Shown here piece after piece: positions 1 to 10,385 of a stretch of 64,000 nt of DNA (position 1 is the stretch's first letter; each line of letters begins with the position of its first letter). Source of the stretch: a bacterium (GTDB lineage Bacteria; Electryoneota; JAOADG01); NCBI GenBank assembly GCA_963681965.1, contig OY820579.1:1-64000 (forward strand), written 5' to 3'. The notes under the pieces are model-generated. The model was not told where the DNA came from and made no database searches. It saw nothing but the letters and a program-made list of their open reading frames with translations. Position numbers and translations under genes: made by a program.

Positions 1-31
1 AGGGTTGGGGGTTCAAATCCCTCCTGGGTCA
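1..31 (+). tRNA. 3' end of a tRNA (T-arm and acceptor strand), possibly tRNA-Arg; truncated by window edge
   Basis: GGGGG-TTCAAAT-CCCTC T-stem/loop followed by CTGGGTCA. Anticodon is outside the window, so the isotype is a guess from resemblance to FCB tRNA-Arg 3' ends. Confidence 0.8.
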
Positions 32-68
32 CACATGATGGGTAGTAGGTGATGGGTATTGGGTGTTG

Positions 69-93
69 GAAAAAAGGGCTTGCGCCCTTTTTT
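69..93 (+). terminator. Intrinsic terminator after tRNA
   Basis: AAAAAAGGGC-TTGC-GCCCTTTTTT hairpin with T-tract. Confidence 0.75.
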
Positions 94-127
94 CGGTTTT
101 AGAAGATCATCGCAACAAAGACAGTAC

Positions 128-245
128 TATAGTGGTTCTTGAAAATAAGTTGTCATAATTCGGTGTCAGGCTTCGCCTGACCTGCGGGCGGACGCGGGGA
201 TCCGCCCCTACTATCGATAACAACTTATTTTCAAGAGATACTATA
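128..245. mobile_element. MITE-like element copy 1 with internal REP
   Basis: Imperfect terminal inverted repeats TATAGTGGTTCTTGAAAATAAGTTGT ... ACAACTTATTTTCAAGAGATACTATA; internal GGGCGGACGCGGGGATCCGCCCCTAC; related copies at ~5078, ~27349, ~36718. Confidence 0.75.
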
Positions 246-305
246 TCAGCCTGATTGGTTCACTAGCACCGAACGGGTCATATTGCGAATGAGTAGCTAT
301 ACCCG

Positions 306-336
306 AAAAAAAGGCGAACATCTGTTCGCCTTTTTT
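306..336. terminator. Bidirectional intrinsic terminator downstream of TonB receptor
   Basis: AAAAAAAGGCGAACA-TC-TGTTCGCCTTTTTT. Confidence 0.8.
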
Positions 337-354
337 CGAATATATCGGAACCGG

Positions 355-2505
355 TTATCCCTGATACTTCAAGGTCACGAACAGCGATCGTCCGGGACCA
401 CCGGGAATAACTGGAATCTGATGTCGTACATTTTCAGGATAGTCATACTCGGTATCGCCCAGATTCTTCCCATCGAGCACAATCCGTAACGATTGATTCA
501 ACTTGAAGGACAGCGACAAATTCAACAGCGTATACGCCGAAATCGTGTAATCGGCACCGCCATCGACAGCTTTCACCCACTGCTGCCAAGCACTTTCGGC
601 GCCGTAGTGCGATTTCCGTTCGCCGATGTATTGCACGCTAACACCCGCTTGCCACCAGTCGAGGATTTCATAATCTCCCGAAGCAAACGCAGTAATCGGT
701 GCGAAATACTTCAACTCGTTACCGTCGTTATCTTCACCGCTCTTGTAGCAGAGATTCGCTCGGGTATACAATTTCTGGAGTGGTTTCCCTTGGAACGAGA
801 CTTCGACACCCTTGTATTTCGTACCTGGGAAGTTATCGTAAATCGTTCCTTTAGTCCATTTCATTGCGCCAGTTCCATAACCCGGCTCAGCATTCAGTTT
901 GGCAGTGTCTGCCGCAGTAATCGACCGCCGACCAATCAAGTTATCCGTAGTCGAATAGAAGCCATTTACTCGAATGGAATAATTCGAGAACAGATAATCG
1001 ACACCCAAATCCAACGTGTTGATCGTTTCCGGTTTCAAGTCCTTATTACCGGCTATCGCGTTCATCGAGCGGGCGAATTTTTCAAAAATTGCCGGATTAC
1101 GAAATCCCGATCCATAGATCAACTTGAAGGTCAAGTTCGATTTTGGGATATAAACAAAACTGGCACTTGGAATAACAATCGATCCGGTTTCTTTATCGTT
1201 GTTGAACCGGGCACCCGCGTTGAAATTGTACTTGTCGGCATATTTATAACTCGTTTGACCGAACAACCAGTAATTTGCGACGGATTTTGCTTCCGGGATC
1301 GCTCGGGCGGAAACAACTTCAACATTGAGTTGGCTTTGACTGACTGAGTCGGCATAATAACCCTTCACTGGATCGCAATGACCGGATTCGTAACCGACAC
1401 CGCCAAGGATACTCCAGTTTGGTTTGACCGCGTAGCTGCCGTCAAATTGAATACCGGTCTTGGTGGATAATCCCATATCGTAATAACTGTAATGAACCGG
1501 TGCATGAGTCGTTGGCGGAAATCCGTAAAATCGATCGCTGCGCGCATCCTGTTCATACCAGACAATTCCTGAAGTCGAGAATTTATCCGAAATGTCATAG
1601 CTATGCTTCAAATTGATTGCGTAGCCGTTCATTTTTTTCAAACCGGTTGAAATCAGCGATGCATAAAGACCGTATTTATCTTTATTCGCTTCATAGTAGA
1701 TAGCGTTCATAACGGTCTTTTTATATCCAATCGACATGAAGTAGTTATTGAAATCCTCTCCAAATCCATTGCGATTTCCCGGATAGGATCCCATTTCACG
1801 CGTTCCATAAGGCTTAACACCGGCATCTCCAGCCCATGCGACAGTATCATCCTCATCCCATTTCACCTTCTTGATATATCCATCGGTTTTATGATAGGTG
1901 GAGCCAAAGTAAAGATTGAAGTCGCCAATTTTCGATCCACCATTCATGCGGAAGTCGCGGGTATTAAAACTGCCGCCTTTGACATCGACTGAAAATTCTT
2001 TTTCCGATTGCGCTTTCTTGGTGATAATGTTAATCACACCCGCATAAGCATCGGTACCATACAACACGCCGCCCGGTCCACGAATAATTTCAACTCGCTC
2101 GATCGAAGACAGTGGGATTGTTTCCAAATAATAAGTACCAAAAAGTTGATCGAATATAGGCTGCCCATTCACCAACAAACACGACTTACTGTTGTAATTC
2201 GTTTGGGTAATGCCGCGGAAAATTACATTCGTATAACCGAAAATCGATTCGACGATTTCGATTCCTGGAACCGTTCCCAAGACATCGTAAAGGTTATCGG
2301 CATTCGATTTTTCGATTTGATCCGCAGTGACTACTTCGATGATAGCACCGGCTTCGTTGATCGATTGAGCAGACTTGGACGCAGTAACGATTTTCGCATT
2401 GAGCAAATCATCAAGGCTCATATCCCACATATCGGTGTTCGACCCGGCAAAACCGATTGATACGGTGATCATTAGGATTGCGCATATAGCGAGTCTCATT
2501 TTCAT
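355..2505 (-). CDS. TonB-dependent receptor
   Basis: Signal peptide; MSLDDLLNAKIVTASK N-terminus; plug motif IERVEIIRGPGGVLYG.DA.AGVINIIT; barrel C-terminus NL.D..Y...PGRSLFVTLKY. Confidence 0.93.
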   Translation of the reverse strand: MKMRLAICAILMITVSIGFAGSNTDMWDMSLDDLLNAKIVTASKSAQSINEAGAIIEVVTADQIEKSNADNLYDVLGTVPGIEIVESIFGYTNVIFRGITQTNYNSKSCLLVNGQPIFDQLFGTYYLETIPLSSIERVEIIRGPGGVLYGTDAYAGVINIITKKAQSEKEFSVDVKGGSFNTRDFRMNGGSKIGDFNLYFGSTYHKTDGYIKKVKWDEDDTVAWAGDAGVKPYGTREMGSYPGNRNGFGEDFNNYFMSIGYKKTVMNAIYYEANKDKYGLYASLISTGLKKMNGYAINLKHSYDISDKFSTSGIVWYEQDARSDRFYGFPPTTHAPVHYSYYDMGLSTKTGIQFDGSYAVKPNWSILGGVGYESGHCDPVKGYYADSVSQSQLNVEVVSARAIPEAKSVANYWLFGQTSYKYADKYNFNAGARFNNDKETGSIVIPSASFVYIPKSNLTFKLIYGSGFRNPAIFEKFARSMNAIAGNKDLKPETINTLDLGVDYLFSNYSIRVNGFYSTTDNLIGRRSITAADTAKLNAEPGYGTGAMKWTKGTIYDNFPGTKYKGVEVSFQGKPLQKLYTRANLCYKSGEDNDGNELKYFAPITAFASGDYEILDWWQAGVSVQYIGERKSHYGAESAWQQWVKAVDGGADYTISAYTLLNLSLSFKLNQSLRIVLDGKNLGDTEYDYPENVRHQIPVIPGGPGRSLFVTLKYQG

Positions 2506-2638
2506 ACTGAACTCCCTTGTAACTAGGAATAGATTACTTAAGCTAAGTAATACAATTGATGGTAATACTTTTACTGTGCTGATTGATTGATGAAAGGTAG
2601 TCGTAGTAATAAGTCAATTACTCGAGACATTAATTATC

Positions 2639-2665
2639 TTATCGGCAAAGCGAAACCTATTATTA
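2639..2665 (-). promoter_or_regulatory. Candidate sigma28 (FliA-type) promoter for the TonB receptor
   Basis: Minus strand reads TAAT-N15-GCCGATAA (consensus TAAA-N15-GCCGATAA), ~135 bp upstream of the start. Confidence 0.5.
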
Positions 2666-3318
2666 ATAGCGTACTGCAATAATACTGGATTTACGGTTCG
2701 GAAAAGAGCAATCTACTTAATTATTGAGATCGAAAAGATCGTATTGGACGAATAAATGCAATACTTCAGAACGAGATATCTCTGTGAGATGCTCCTTGTG
2801 TAAACAATGCTTCACACTGAAAAAGATTTCTCTACTGGTTAATTAACAGGGATATACATGTACTTTAGCCGTATCTGATCGTAGCAAGAGAAATTTGATG
2901 AATATTTGAACAGCATCTAGCACTATTTAGAGTAACCATTTTCGAGATTAAGAATCAGTTAATCTAGATAAAGCGATCAGTTATGGAAAAGAAAATAGAT
3001 CGTTGGCAGATTCGGTACAAGACAATAACCATAAATATTCGAATTCATTCGATTTTTTCATGATTTATCATACGACTCCGCGTGAAACATTTTTCGTGAA
3101 TGATCATCCCCAATATCCCTCCATAGCATAAAGTTGTAGCTGAAAGAGAGTGAATACACGGACAAGAATAATTCAGCTCATAAACTAAAATTATAAGCCT
3201 GAATAATTATTATTCCGTTGTTCATGTTCAATCAAAACAATATCAATCTATTTATAACAAAAGGTTAAACCATACTAATGGTTCGGGGCGCAAATTGATA
3301 AGTTGGATTGGGAAAAGT

Positions 3319-3789
3319 TCAACTATTGGATTTCAAGAGGGATTCGATTGCCGATAACACCGGTTCGACGATTGCTGCAACTTGCGGCGAGAGCTGTTCA
3401 CCGAAACCGAAATCGGCGCCACCGATCGCAATCAAGATACATTTCGGGAGAGTGCGGTAGAGCTGATCCGTGAATTGCAGCAGTTCAGATGGTCCGAATT
3501 CATGGATCGAAGTGCCGTGAGTGGATTGCGATTGAGTCGGTAGAGATATTTCAATCATTTGCCATTCACCAGCCGCTAGATTCACATCGGCATCAATCAA
3601 GATTGCCAAGCGCGAACGGCTAAGCGGTTCCGCCAATTCAGGGGTCAATTGCTGACAAGCGATGATTTCGATTGTCGGCGAATTTGCCACTGGCGATTCA
3701 CTCAAGCGATTCGCTACGATCCAACCGACCGCATCATCGCTTCGAAGCGGATTTCCGTACCCGATAATTGTCGCAGTTAATTCGGACAT
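3319..3789 (-). CDS. Hydrogenase maturation protease (HyaD/HybD/HoxW family)
   Basis: IIGYGNPLRSDDAVG, QLTPEL, ILIDA and H motifs; start placed at MSELT. Confidence 0.88.
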   Translation of the reverse strand: MSELTATIIGYGNPLRSDDAVGWIVANRLSESPVANSPTIEIIACQQLTPELAEPLSRSRLAILIDADVNLAAGEWQMIEISLPTQSQSTHGTSIHEFGPSELLQFTDQLYRTLPKCILIAIGGADFGFGEQLSPQVAAIVEPVLSAIESLLKSNS

Positions 3790-3846
3790 ATTGCAAAAAT
3801 ACAACCGTTACATCCATCCACCAATAACAGAGTGGAATTGCATCGA

Positions 3847-4944
3847 TTAAAGCATCGTGCAACTACCGAATGTGAAGGCATAGAGTTCGAAGCCACTCCG
3901 CCGGGGATACAACTTTAGCACGTGAGAGCCATGCTGTTTGTCAGAAAAAATAATCCGGTACATCCGCGGTTCGCGCAATTCAAGTTCGGTTTTACCACCG
4001 ATCAATTTGAGATCGGGACCGCGCCACAATTCCGGCACCGGTTCACCATCGAGGGTAACATCGACAATCAGCGGCAAGTTCGATGAATCGGGTGCGATTC
4101 GCAAAACCGCATTGACTTCACTGCCAGTAAAGCGATAAGTCAATCGATCGTCACTATCGCCAGCTCCAGCGTAATGCATCGCTTCACGACTGATCGCCCA
4201 TGCGCCCTTCAAGTAAGGGGTATCTTTGTCGGGATTAGAATCTTCTGCTGGAAAAGTGAAGATTTGATCGCGAGGATGATTGCTGTTGCCGATTGTTCCG
4301 CGTTCATATCCGGCATAGGTTTCGGGCGATCGCGGATAACAGAAGGCACCCGGTTTATCTTCTTCGCGGATGATCGCGGTGGTCGGAAGATCGATCGATT
4401 TACCATTGCGAGCGGACAATAGTGCTTGAATCACACGTTCGGTCTCGTCGTAACCCCCTTCGCCGATGTGATCGTAGACCATCTTGCCAGTATGATCGAA
4501 CAGAAATTTTCTGGGCCAATACTGGTTGTTGAGCGCCTTCCAGATTTTGAAGTCATTGTCGAGTACAATCGGCCACTGGATACCGTTAGCCTCGACGAAT
4601 GCGCGGACATTTTCCGGCGACTTACCGAAACTGAATTCGGGATCGTGGACCCCGACGATCAGCAAGCCTTGATCGGCATATTTTCGCTGCCACTCTTTCA
4701 AATACGGTAACGTACGCAAACAATTGACGCAAGTGTATTCCCAAATATCGAGCAGGACAACTTTCCCGGCAAGATCATTCGGTGTCAACGGTTTCGAGTT
4801 AATCCACACTCCGGCATTTGCCAATGGTGGCATCGGTATAGCATTCACATCGTCTCCTGAAAAACGTTTTGCGTACAAAATCGTGACGGTAGCGACCATT
4901 ACGACAACAATAACCAATACCGTCAACCGGATCTTCCCCGACAC
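3847..4944 (-). CDS. Membrane-anchored TlpA/DipZ-like redoxin with C-terminal thioredoxin-like extension
   Basis: WINSKPL...GKVVLLDIWEYTCVNC, VGVHDPEF, NQYWP, HIGEGGY, SPETYAGY and YAFTFG as in the DipZ C-terminal half. Confidence 0.88.
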   Translation of the reverse strand: MSGKIRLTVLVIVVVMVATVTILYAKRFSGDDVNAIPMPPLANAGVWINSKPLTPNDLAGKVVLLDIWEYTCVNCLRTLPYLKEWQRKYADQGLLIVGVHDPEFSFGKSPENVRAFVEANGIQWPIVLDNDFKIWKALNNQYWPRKFLFDHTGKMVYDHIGEGGYDETERVIQALLSARNGKSIDLPTTAIIREEDKPGAFCYPRSPETYAGYERGTIGNSNHPRDQIFTFPAEDSNPDKDTPYLKGAWAISREAMHYAGAGDSDDRLTYRFTGSEVNAVLRIAPDSSNLPLIVDVTLDGEPVPELWRGPDLKLIGGKTELELREPRMYRIIFSDKQHGSHVLKLYPRRSGFELYAFTFGSCTML

Positions 4945-5077
4945 AAACCCTCCACGATCATAGATAGATGATACGATTCGCCGGATGATCCTGACAGCGA
5001 AATACCCAACCTACTGTGTATTGGAATTCGCTGTATTGTTGAGTGATGAATTGACTAGCATCACTCACGCAGTTACT

Positions 5078-5229
5078 TTATGTGGTTCTTGAAAATATGT
5101 TGTCATGATTCGGTGTCAGGCTATGCCGAACATGTGCAAACAGGCGTGTCTGTACCTACAAATGCATGCGGGCGGACACGGGGATCCGCCCCTACTACCG
5201 ATATCAATTTATTTTCATGAGATACTTTA
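5078..5229. mobile_element. MITE-like element copy 2
   Basis: TGTGGTTCTTGAAAATATGTTGT ... ATTTATTTTCATGAGATACT ends; internal TGTCTGTACCTAC and GGGCGGACACGGGGATCCGCCCCTAC. Confidence 0.7.
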
Positions 5230-5260
5230 GAGTCAGCTTAGGCAAGGAAACAATGTATCG

Positions 5261-5776
5261 ATGGATTTGAATCAGTGGATTAAACGACCTTACACGATCA
5301 AACCGCTCAGTGGACCGGTCGATTACGTAGCAGCCGCGATTGCCAGTTGCGGTGTCGGGTTCTTTCCGACGGCATCCGGAACGTTCGCGTCGCTTTGCGC
5401 GGTGATTGCATGGTTACCGTTATCGCAATGCACATTACCGCACCGGATCGAAGCGATTCTGATTGCCAGCATTCTTGGAGTCTGGGCGTCGGGACGCACC
5501 GAAAAGAATTGGGGTCACGATCCATCGCAGACGGTGATTGACGAAGTCGCCGGACAGTGGATCACGTTACTGCTCGTACCACGACATCCGGTGCTATTCG
5601 CAGCAGGATTTTTGTTGTTCCGGCTATTCGACATCACGAAACCACCGCCGATTCGTCGCTTGGAGAAATTGTCGGGTGGTCTTGGGATCATGGCAGACGA
5701 TTGGCTGGCGGGTCTGTTTGGAGCGGTGATATTAGCACTGTTCCAGTGGTTCGGAGTGTTTTCGTGGAATTGGTAA
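5261..5776 (+). CDS. pgpA: Phosphatidylglycerophosphatase A
   Basis: G.G..P.ASGT, HDPSQTVIDEVAGQW, FRLFDITKP, GGLGIMADD motifs. Confidence 0.93.
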   Translation: MDLNQWIKRPYTIKPLSGPVDYVAAAIASCGVGFFPTASGTFASLCAVIAWLPLSQCTLPHRIEAILIASILGVWASGRTEKNWGHDPSQTVIDEVAGQWITLLLVPRHPVLFAAGFLLFRLFDITKPPPIRRLEKLSGGLGIMADDWLAGLFGAVILALFQWFGVFSWNW

Positions 5777-5857
5777 CGGTACGATAAATCATCAATAGAC
5801 GGAGGCGGTTCACGAATCGCAGGAACCAATAAGAAAAAAGAAAAGAATAATACAAAT

Positions 5858-5880
5858 GCCGATTCGGAGATCGGCACTAC
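5858..5880. repeat. REP-like palindrome
   Basis: GCCGATTCGGAGATCGGCACTAC; related copies at ~25902 and ~26008. Confidence 0.6.
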
Positions 5881-5887
5881 TAATAAA

Positions 5888-6520
5888 TCAAGTGCAGTTT
5901 CTTAACGCATCGAGATCGGCAGAGACGATCAGTTCAAGGTTCCGGGTGATTTTTTCGATATTCCAATCCCACCACGCAATTTTCAACAGTTCGGCAATCG
6001 TCTCTTCGGGAAAACGCATCTTCAGGATCTGTGCGGGATTTCCGCCAACCACGGCATACGGCGGTACGCGACCGACCACTACCGATTTCGAAGCGACGAT
6101 CGCACCGTGACCGATTTTTACACCGGGAAAAATCGTCGCATCGTATCCAATCCAAACATCGTTCCCGATCACAGTATCGCCGCGCACGGGTAACTCTTCC
6201 AGCTTCATCATGACGTGGTCCCAGCCATTGCGGAAAATTCCGAAAGGATACGTCGAAAATCCGTCCAGTTTGTGATTTGCCGCATTCATGATGAAGGTCG
6301 CGCCACGCGCAATTGCACAAAACTTTCCGATCTTCAATTTGTCGCCGATCATCGGAAAATGATACAACACATTCCGTTCGAAATTCTCGGAATCCTCGGG
6401 ATCGTCGTAGTAAGTATAATCGCCAATCTCGATCAGCGGATTGGTAACGGTATTTTTGATGAAACAGACTTGCGGAAAGCCGTCCATCGGGTGTTTGACG
6501 GTGGGGTCGGGTCCGAACAT
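5888..6520 (-). CDS. Vat/CatB-family hexapeptide-repeat O-acetyltransferase
   Basis: [41 protein letters not shown]; start at MFGPDP after a GGAGG RBS. Confidence 0.9.
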   Translation of the reverse strand: MFGPDPTVKHPMDGFPQVCFIKNTVTNPLIEIGDYTYYDDPEDSENFERNVLYHFPMIGDKLKIGKFCAIARGATFIMNAANHKLDGFSTYPFGIFRNGWDHVMMKLEELPVRGDTVIGNDVWIGYDATIFPGVKIGHGAIVASKSVVVGRVPPYAVVGGNPAQILKMRFPEETIAELLKIAWWDWNIEKITRNLELIVSADLDALRNCT

Positions 6521-6607
6521 CGTTCCTCCGCGGTAGTCACTACAGCCGTAAATCGGCATGCTGCTCTATATTCGTACTGCTCTAAATTATCGACAAAAAA
6601 TCTGAAA

Positions 6608-7648
6608 TCAAACGATTCCCTTTTGATTTTTTTCGTTTCGATAGACCGAAAACAATACCGGTTCCTCCGGTTTTCCTTCATACAATTCGCGGTTGAGCTG
6701 TGTACAATAGACGCAGCAGCCATGCCGCTGGATACCCGCCTCAGCTTCATCCACGGTCTCACCGGCAATCTTCTCGGCAAATTCTAGTATGTCCCCGCGA
6801 TCCAACACGCGGAACATCTCGCTGCGCTGTGCCTGCCGGAGAATCTTCAATAACGGCTGTTCGAAAATATTGCCGAGTGGCGGTGTCGTCTGGAAGATAC
6901 AGAAATGCATTTCGCCGTTGAAATTGATAGTGTAGAGATACCCGTTGGGATTAGGCGTCAGGAAATCGCGACACTTGCAGTGGTCCACCGATCTCGCGGT
7001 TTGCCATTCTTCCGGTGTGGTTGCCCAGGCGGCTCGTCCGATCGGGAGAATATTGACGGTTTCGCGTTTACTGTAGGTCAGCGAATTTCGATCAAAAAGC
7101 GAGTAGAGCGATTCAAATCCTTTTTTCATCTCCTGTGCACCGAATTCGTGTTGCAACACATCGATTAAAAGTGCCGGCTGCTCCGGTTTCAATCCGGTTT
7201 CGTGGTGCCACGGATCGTCGCCGTATACATAGAATGAATTAGTACCCAAAGCGATTAGTTCGCGCACAGTTCTGACGACCTGAGCGCGGTTGTTTGCCCA
7301 GAATCCGGTGGTTTGAATATTCACCTGCGTGAGATTGCGGAACTGTCGTTGTTGAATGAATTCGAGAGTTTTGCGCAACAATTTCGGTTCGGTGAATGGC
7401 TCTCCACCACTGATACCAATGGTCTCGACATTCGCGGGAAGATGCGCAATCGTTTGACGGGCTTGCTCGATACTCATACTTTCGCCGTGCGGTGAGCCGC
7501 AGAAATAGCAGTGACGGCACTCGTGTGGACACTTGCGGGTAATCAACAACCAGATCGAGCGACAGACAATTTTCGTCTGACCCGAATGCAGTAGATCGTA
7601 GCGCGTTTTGGCTTTGAGTTGGATAGCAGTGGATACGCGGTTCGACAT
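6608..7648 (-). CDS. Radical SAM protein of unknown function
   Basis: CPHECRHC (CxxxCxxC), ISGGEPF; extra Cys cluster CKC/FC/CCVYC in the C-terminal half. Confidence 0.85.
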   Translation of the reverse strand: MSNRVSTAIQLKAKTRYDLLHSGQTKIVCRSIWLLITRKCPHECRHCYFCGSPHGESMSIEQARQTIAHLPANVETIGISGGEPFTEPKLLRKTLEFIQQRQFRNLTQVNIQTTGFWANNRAQVVRTVRELIALGTNSFYVYGDDPWHHETGLKPEQPALLIDVLQHEFGAQEMKKGFESLYSLFDRNSLTYSKRETVNILPIGRAAWATTPEEWQTARSVDHCKCRDFLTPNPNGYLYTINFNGEMHFCIFQTTPPLGNIFEQPLLKILRQAQRSEMFRVLDRGDILEFAEKIAGETVDEAEAGIQRHGCCVYCTQLNRELYEGKPEEPVLFSVYRNEKNQKGIV

Positions 7649-7836
7649 CTTTTCTCCAGTCGATACTGTAATCGATTATATGTTTTTCAGGCAGCAATTC
7701 AAAGCAAATCAAGGCGATCGAGAATTTTTCACATTCATCCAAATCGATTGTACCGTATTGATTTCTTATCTAAATTATATTGGTAATCTATTTTCAATCA
7801 TCCACTCCAATCTACACCCAGTTTGCAGAGGTCAAA

Positions 7837-8601
7837 ATGAAAGCGAAAGTCATTATCGTAATCGGCATCATTGTCTTGCTCGCGGTTGGACTGGTATTCG
7901 TGAATCAGATCAAACATACCCAGAAGTCATTTCAAGCCGCACTGATGATCAAAGACGAGGGTGCCCAAAGCAGTCGTGCGTTTACCGGCATCGCGATGAT
8001 TAATCGCTCGATCAATACGCACTTCCTCGATCTACTGTTAACGATGAAATCGCATTTAAAAGACAAACGAGAACTGGAGAAGGCAGTCAAAAACATCGAG
8101 CAGGAGTACGGATATAAAATCTCGATCTGGTCAGGTCAAACGATGCTTGTCGGGAACTCCGCGGAAATCACAGCTCTTAACACGGTCTCCAATCAGCACC
8201 TCCGGCGATTGCTACAATACGACGGTGTGGTGCTTTGCGGTAATCGCAATCTCTCGCAATTCAATCGCGAAGCCGGTCCGGTAGTCTGTGCGAAAATTTA
8301 TACCGATAAAGAGTATCGTATCGTCATCAAAGTGGATCGAGCCTCTTTTCAGAAAATGATTCCGGCGGTAATTCCGAAATCGATGGCATTGTGGAAAGTT
8401 GATTCAATTTACGTGACTGACTATACCTATCAATTTATCGGTATCAAAGACGCCAACGGATATCTTTGGCAACATGGCGCGAAGAGTTCGCGACCCTCGG
8501 TACAATTATACATCACACTACTGCCGTTATACTCGATCGAAGTAGCGGTGAGTCCCATCGTACAAGTGACACCACAACCGGCACCGGCTGCAAAGAAATA
8601 A
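7837..8601 (+). CDS. Hypothetical protein with a single N-terminal transmembrane anchor
   Basis: GAGG RBS, ATG 7837, hydrophobic VIIVIGIIVLLAVGLVFV; no recognised family. Confidence 0.65.
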   Translation: MKAKVIIVIGIIVLLAVGLVFVNQIKHTQKSFQAALMIKDEGAQSSRAFTGIAMINRSINTHFLDLLLTMKSHLKDKRELEKAVKNIEQEYGYKISIWSGQTMLVGNSAEITALNTVSNQHLRRLLQYDGVVLCGNRNLSQFNREAGPVVCAKIYTDKEYRIVIKVDRASFQKMIPAVIPKSMALWKVDSIYVTDYTYQFIGIKDANGYLWQHGAKSSRPSVQLYITLLPLYSIEVAVSPIVQVTPQPAPAAKK

Positions 8602-8645
8602 CAAAATCATTCAATAGAATCTTACATAATTATGAAAGAAAAAGA

Positions 8646-8939
8646 ATGGGCGGATGCGGAGATCCGCCCCTACTGCAGGAGACAGGATACAAGATAGAAA
8701 ATGATGCAAGAAGTGGTCAGAACAAGTTCTGACCTACGGAAAAGAAGTGTATTCGTGCACTTCGAAAAGGTAAAAGAAATGGGCGGATGCGGGGATCCGC
8801 CCCTACTGCAGGAGACAGGATACAAGATAGAAAATGATACTAGAAGTGGTCAGAACAAGTTCTGACCTACGGAAAAGAAGTGTATTCGTGCACTTCGAAA
8901 AGGTAAAAGAAATGGGCGGATGCGGGGATCCGCCCCTAC
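8646..8939. repeat. Tandem 133-bp mosaic REP units (BIME-like), ~2.2 copies
   Basis: ATGGGCGGATGCG recurs at 8646, 8779, 8912. Each unit has GGGCGGATGCGG(G/A)GATCCGCCCCTAC, GTGGTCAGAACAAGTTCTGACCTAC and GAAGTGTATTCGTGCACTTC. Confidence 0.92.
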
Positions 8940-8951
8940 TAGCGATTGTTG

Positions 8952-10385
8952 TTACTTTACTAAAAGCACTTTCTTCACACTTGAACCCAATTGACTCTGC
9001 AATCTGACGAAATAGACGCCGGCTGGAAGCGCATCGGCATTCCAGGCAATTCTATTACTCGAAGTCGCTGTAGAATATAATTCGTTCACCAATTCGGCGA
9101 CGCGTTGTCCGAGTGTATTGTAGATCGATACATTCACCAATCCTGTGAGTGGAACGGAATATTGGATCATTGTTGTCGAGTTGAACGGATTGGGATAGCA
9201 GGAGAGCAACTCGGGCGATGTTGGTAATGGCGTTGTCGTTTCGGCGACATTTGTCATCAATCCCAACGAATCGAGTTTCATCAGGAACATCCGTCCTCTG
9301 GTATCGTACAACCCGCTACCGAACAGCAAATAACCACCGTCGGAAGTTTGTAGACCACAAGTCGGAGCAGTGACGTAGCGTCGTGCGATCCATTGCAGCG
9401 ATCCGGTCGACGAAAGTTTATTTACCTGCATTGTACCCATATTATTGTAAATCGATTCGTAACTATCGAACAGGAAGCCGCCTTCGCGGGTGGGAAGAAT
9501 CCATTTTCCGTCCAACACACCGAGTGGTTGTTCCCAGACCGTTCTGCCAGGTTCATTCACTTTAACCGCAATATTGTGATTCCACATCATTGAATAGGTC
9601 GAGTCGGGATTCCACACGGTATCGAGTACATTGGAACTGATAATGAAATTATGATCTCTGGAATATTTAATGTCACTAATGTATCCGGGACGATCGTGTA
9701 GCGTTCGAGACCATTCAAATGCACCATGGCTTTCTTTTAAGATCATATCTCGAGTAGTGGAATCCGTATAAATATCACCGGTTCCCCGATACGATCGACC
9801 GCCAGCGATATAACCGTCCCAAGTAGTGCAAATAGAATTGAATTCATTATGACTATCTTCAGCGCCGCCGTACATAACTGTCGAAACATTGCCGCCGTTT
9901 GAGTTGAGTCGGCGTACTTGCGCTGTTCGCAGTCGATTATATGAAGAAACATCAACACTGGTCAGGTAAAATCCGGTATCGGATGTAGTACAGAAACCGG
10001 GATTGGAGGAATCGGCATCCAGCGTTCGTTGCCACTGCAGTGTTAGATCGGGACGATACTTTCGCAGGACGGATGGTTGGTTCGGGGTATAGAATAAAAT
10101 GGCAAAGCCGTGATCGACGCATTGAACCATTTTGGTAAACGAGAAAATCGTCGCGCTCCCGGGCAATTGGGTTTCGGATACGATATTTCCATCGGTATCC
10201 AATGTCAAGAGTTGAAATCGATTGCTATCATCTACTGCGGTGGCGAAATAACCGCCCATCGGATTTTCGACGAGACCGGTTCCGATTTGGTAGCCTTGAT
10301 ACCACCGCATGCCGGTCGGTTGCGCCATTATGAGCCGACTTGCGAAAAGGAGAAGAATGAGTACTGCGATTCGACGAATAGACAT
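8952..10385 (-). CDS. Secreted beta-propeller-like protein with T9SS-type C-terminal sorting domain
   Basis: Signal peptide; W.RT/T.DGGY repeats; CYPNPFNSTT...IYNTLGQRV...GVYFVRL...KKVLLVK. Confidence 0.85.
   Translation of the reverse strand: MSIRRIAVLILLLFASRLIMAQPTGMRWYQGYQIGTGLVENPMGGYFATAVDDSNRFQLLTLDTDGNIVSETQLPGSATIFSFTKMVQCVDHGFAILFYTPNQPSVLRKYRPDLTLQWQRTLDADSSNPGFCTTSDTGFYLTSVDVSSYNRLRTAQVRRLNSNGGNVSTVMYGGAEDSHNEFNSICTTWDGYIAGGRSYRGTGDIYTDSTTRDMILKESHGAFEWSRTLHDRPGYISDIKYSRDHNFIISSNVLDTVWNPDSTYSMMWNHNIAVKVNEPGRTVWEQPLGVLDGKWILPTREGGFLFDSYESIYNNMGTMQVNKLSSTGSLQWIARRYVTAPTCGLQTSDGGYLLFGSGLYDTRGRMFLMKLDSLGLMTNVAETTTPLPTSPELLSCYPNPFNSTTMIQYSVPLTGLVNVSIYNTLGQRVAELVNELYSTATSSNRIAWNADALPAGVYFVRLQSQLGSSVKKVLLVK

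Noticed and set aside
1-245. tRNA-anchored genomic island
   Set aside because: No integrase, and no duplicated tRNA 3' end found elsewhere in the window.
493-1347. 284-aa plus-strand ORF and similar antisense ORFs throughout
   Set aside because: Shadow ORFs opposite genes with clear family motifs.
3074-3089. parS-like site (…CGTGAAACA)
   Set aside because: Only the right half matches TGTTNCACGTGAAACA.
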